From a virus (Duplodnaviria > Heunggongvirae > Uroviricota > Caudoviricetes), in the IMG/VR virus record IMGVR_UViG_2684622582_000010, positions 1-4,546 of that record: a stretch of DNA of 4,546 nucleotides; one strand, 5' to 3'. Below, in pieces: positions 4,365 to 4,546 of the stretch; within the stretch, counting starts at the first letter, position 1; every line of letters begins with the position of its first letter. The notes under the pieces were generated by a model. That model saw only the letters and a program-made list of their open reading frames with translations. It had not been told where the DNA came from and did not search any database. Made by a program: the position numbers and the translations under genes.

Positions 4365-4546
4365 CGCCATTGCTCCCCAAATACAAAACCAATTTCAGCC
4401 AGTGCCTCGTCCATTTTTTCGATGAACTCCGGCACCATCTCGTCAAAACCCGCCATGTACTTTTCATCCCGCTCAACCACGACATAATGCAGGCCTTCAC
4501 GCTTCATACGCGGGTCATAGTTGGCAAAGTACCAGGCATCTTTTCG
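4361..4546 (-). CDS. exo: Lambda-type exonuclease (Red-alpha, Exo), C-terminal 61 codons; gene continues beyond the window edge
   Basis: Not in the track because it has no start in the window. My translation of the minus strand from 4546 to 4364 is [61 protein letters not shown], then TGA at 4363-4361. This matches the C-terminus of lambda Exo (...[21 protein letters not shown]) as I recall it. Confidence 0.88.
   Translation of the reverse strand, partial: RKDAWYFANYDPRMKREGLHYVVVERDEKYMAGFDEMVPEFIEKMDEALAEIGFVFGEQWR

Noticed and set aside
3954-4487. Plus-strand ORFs 3954-4139 (61 aa) and 4161-4487 (108 aa)
   Set aside because: Antisense to the orf63-like, orf60a-like and exo genes, whose identity is supported by lambda-like sequence and arrangement. 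Treated as shadow ORFs.
1-4546. attP core, tRNA, CRISPR repeats, Chi sites (GCTGGTGG), IS or transposase ends
   Set aside because: None seen on visual scan. attP is expected downstream of the int stop, outside the window (beyond coordinate 1).

Overview
Every gene I can support in this 4546-bp window is on the minus strand. Together they form the promoter-distal end of the leftward early operon of a lambda-like (lambdoid) phage or prophage, probably enterobacterial. In the direction of transcription (high to low coordinates) the order is: 3' end of the Red-alpha exonuclease gene exo (4361-4546, partial) -> orf60a-like (60 aa) -> orf63-like (63 aa) -> an untracked 27-aa hydrophobic ORF and a hypothetical 71-93-aa ORF -> terminator-like hairpin -> TraR/DksA-type zinc-finger protein -> Ea22-like coiled-coil protein -> DUF551-type protein -> 94-aa membrane protein -> ASCH/PUA-like protein -> tandem terminator-like hairpins -> Cys4 zinc-ribbon protein in the ea8.5 position -> terminator-like hairpin plus a CII-box (TTGC-N6-TTGC), pI-like -> xis -> int. 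attP is not in the window; it would lie just beyond coordinate 1. The backbone (exo, orf60a, orf63, xis, int) is lambda-like. The interval 1361-4017 is the mosaic accessory part. Its core is a five-gene block (3627 down to 1732) chained by start/stop overlaps and bracketed by terminator-like hairpins; this is the best candidate for an uncharacterised function, but I cannot assign one. I saw no tRNA, rRNA, CRISPR array or transposase. All homology statements come from memory of protein families and motif inspection, not database searches. The six plus-strand ORFs in the track are judged antisense shadows.
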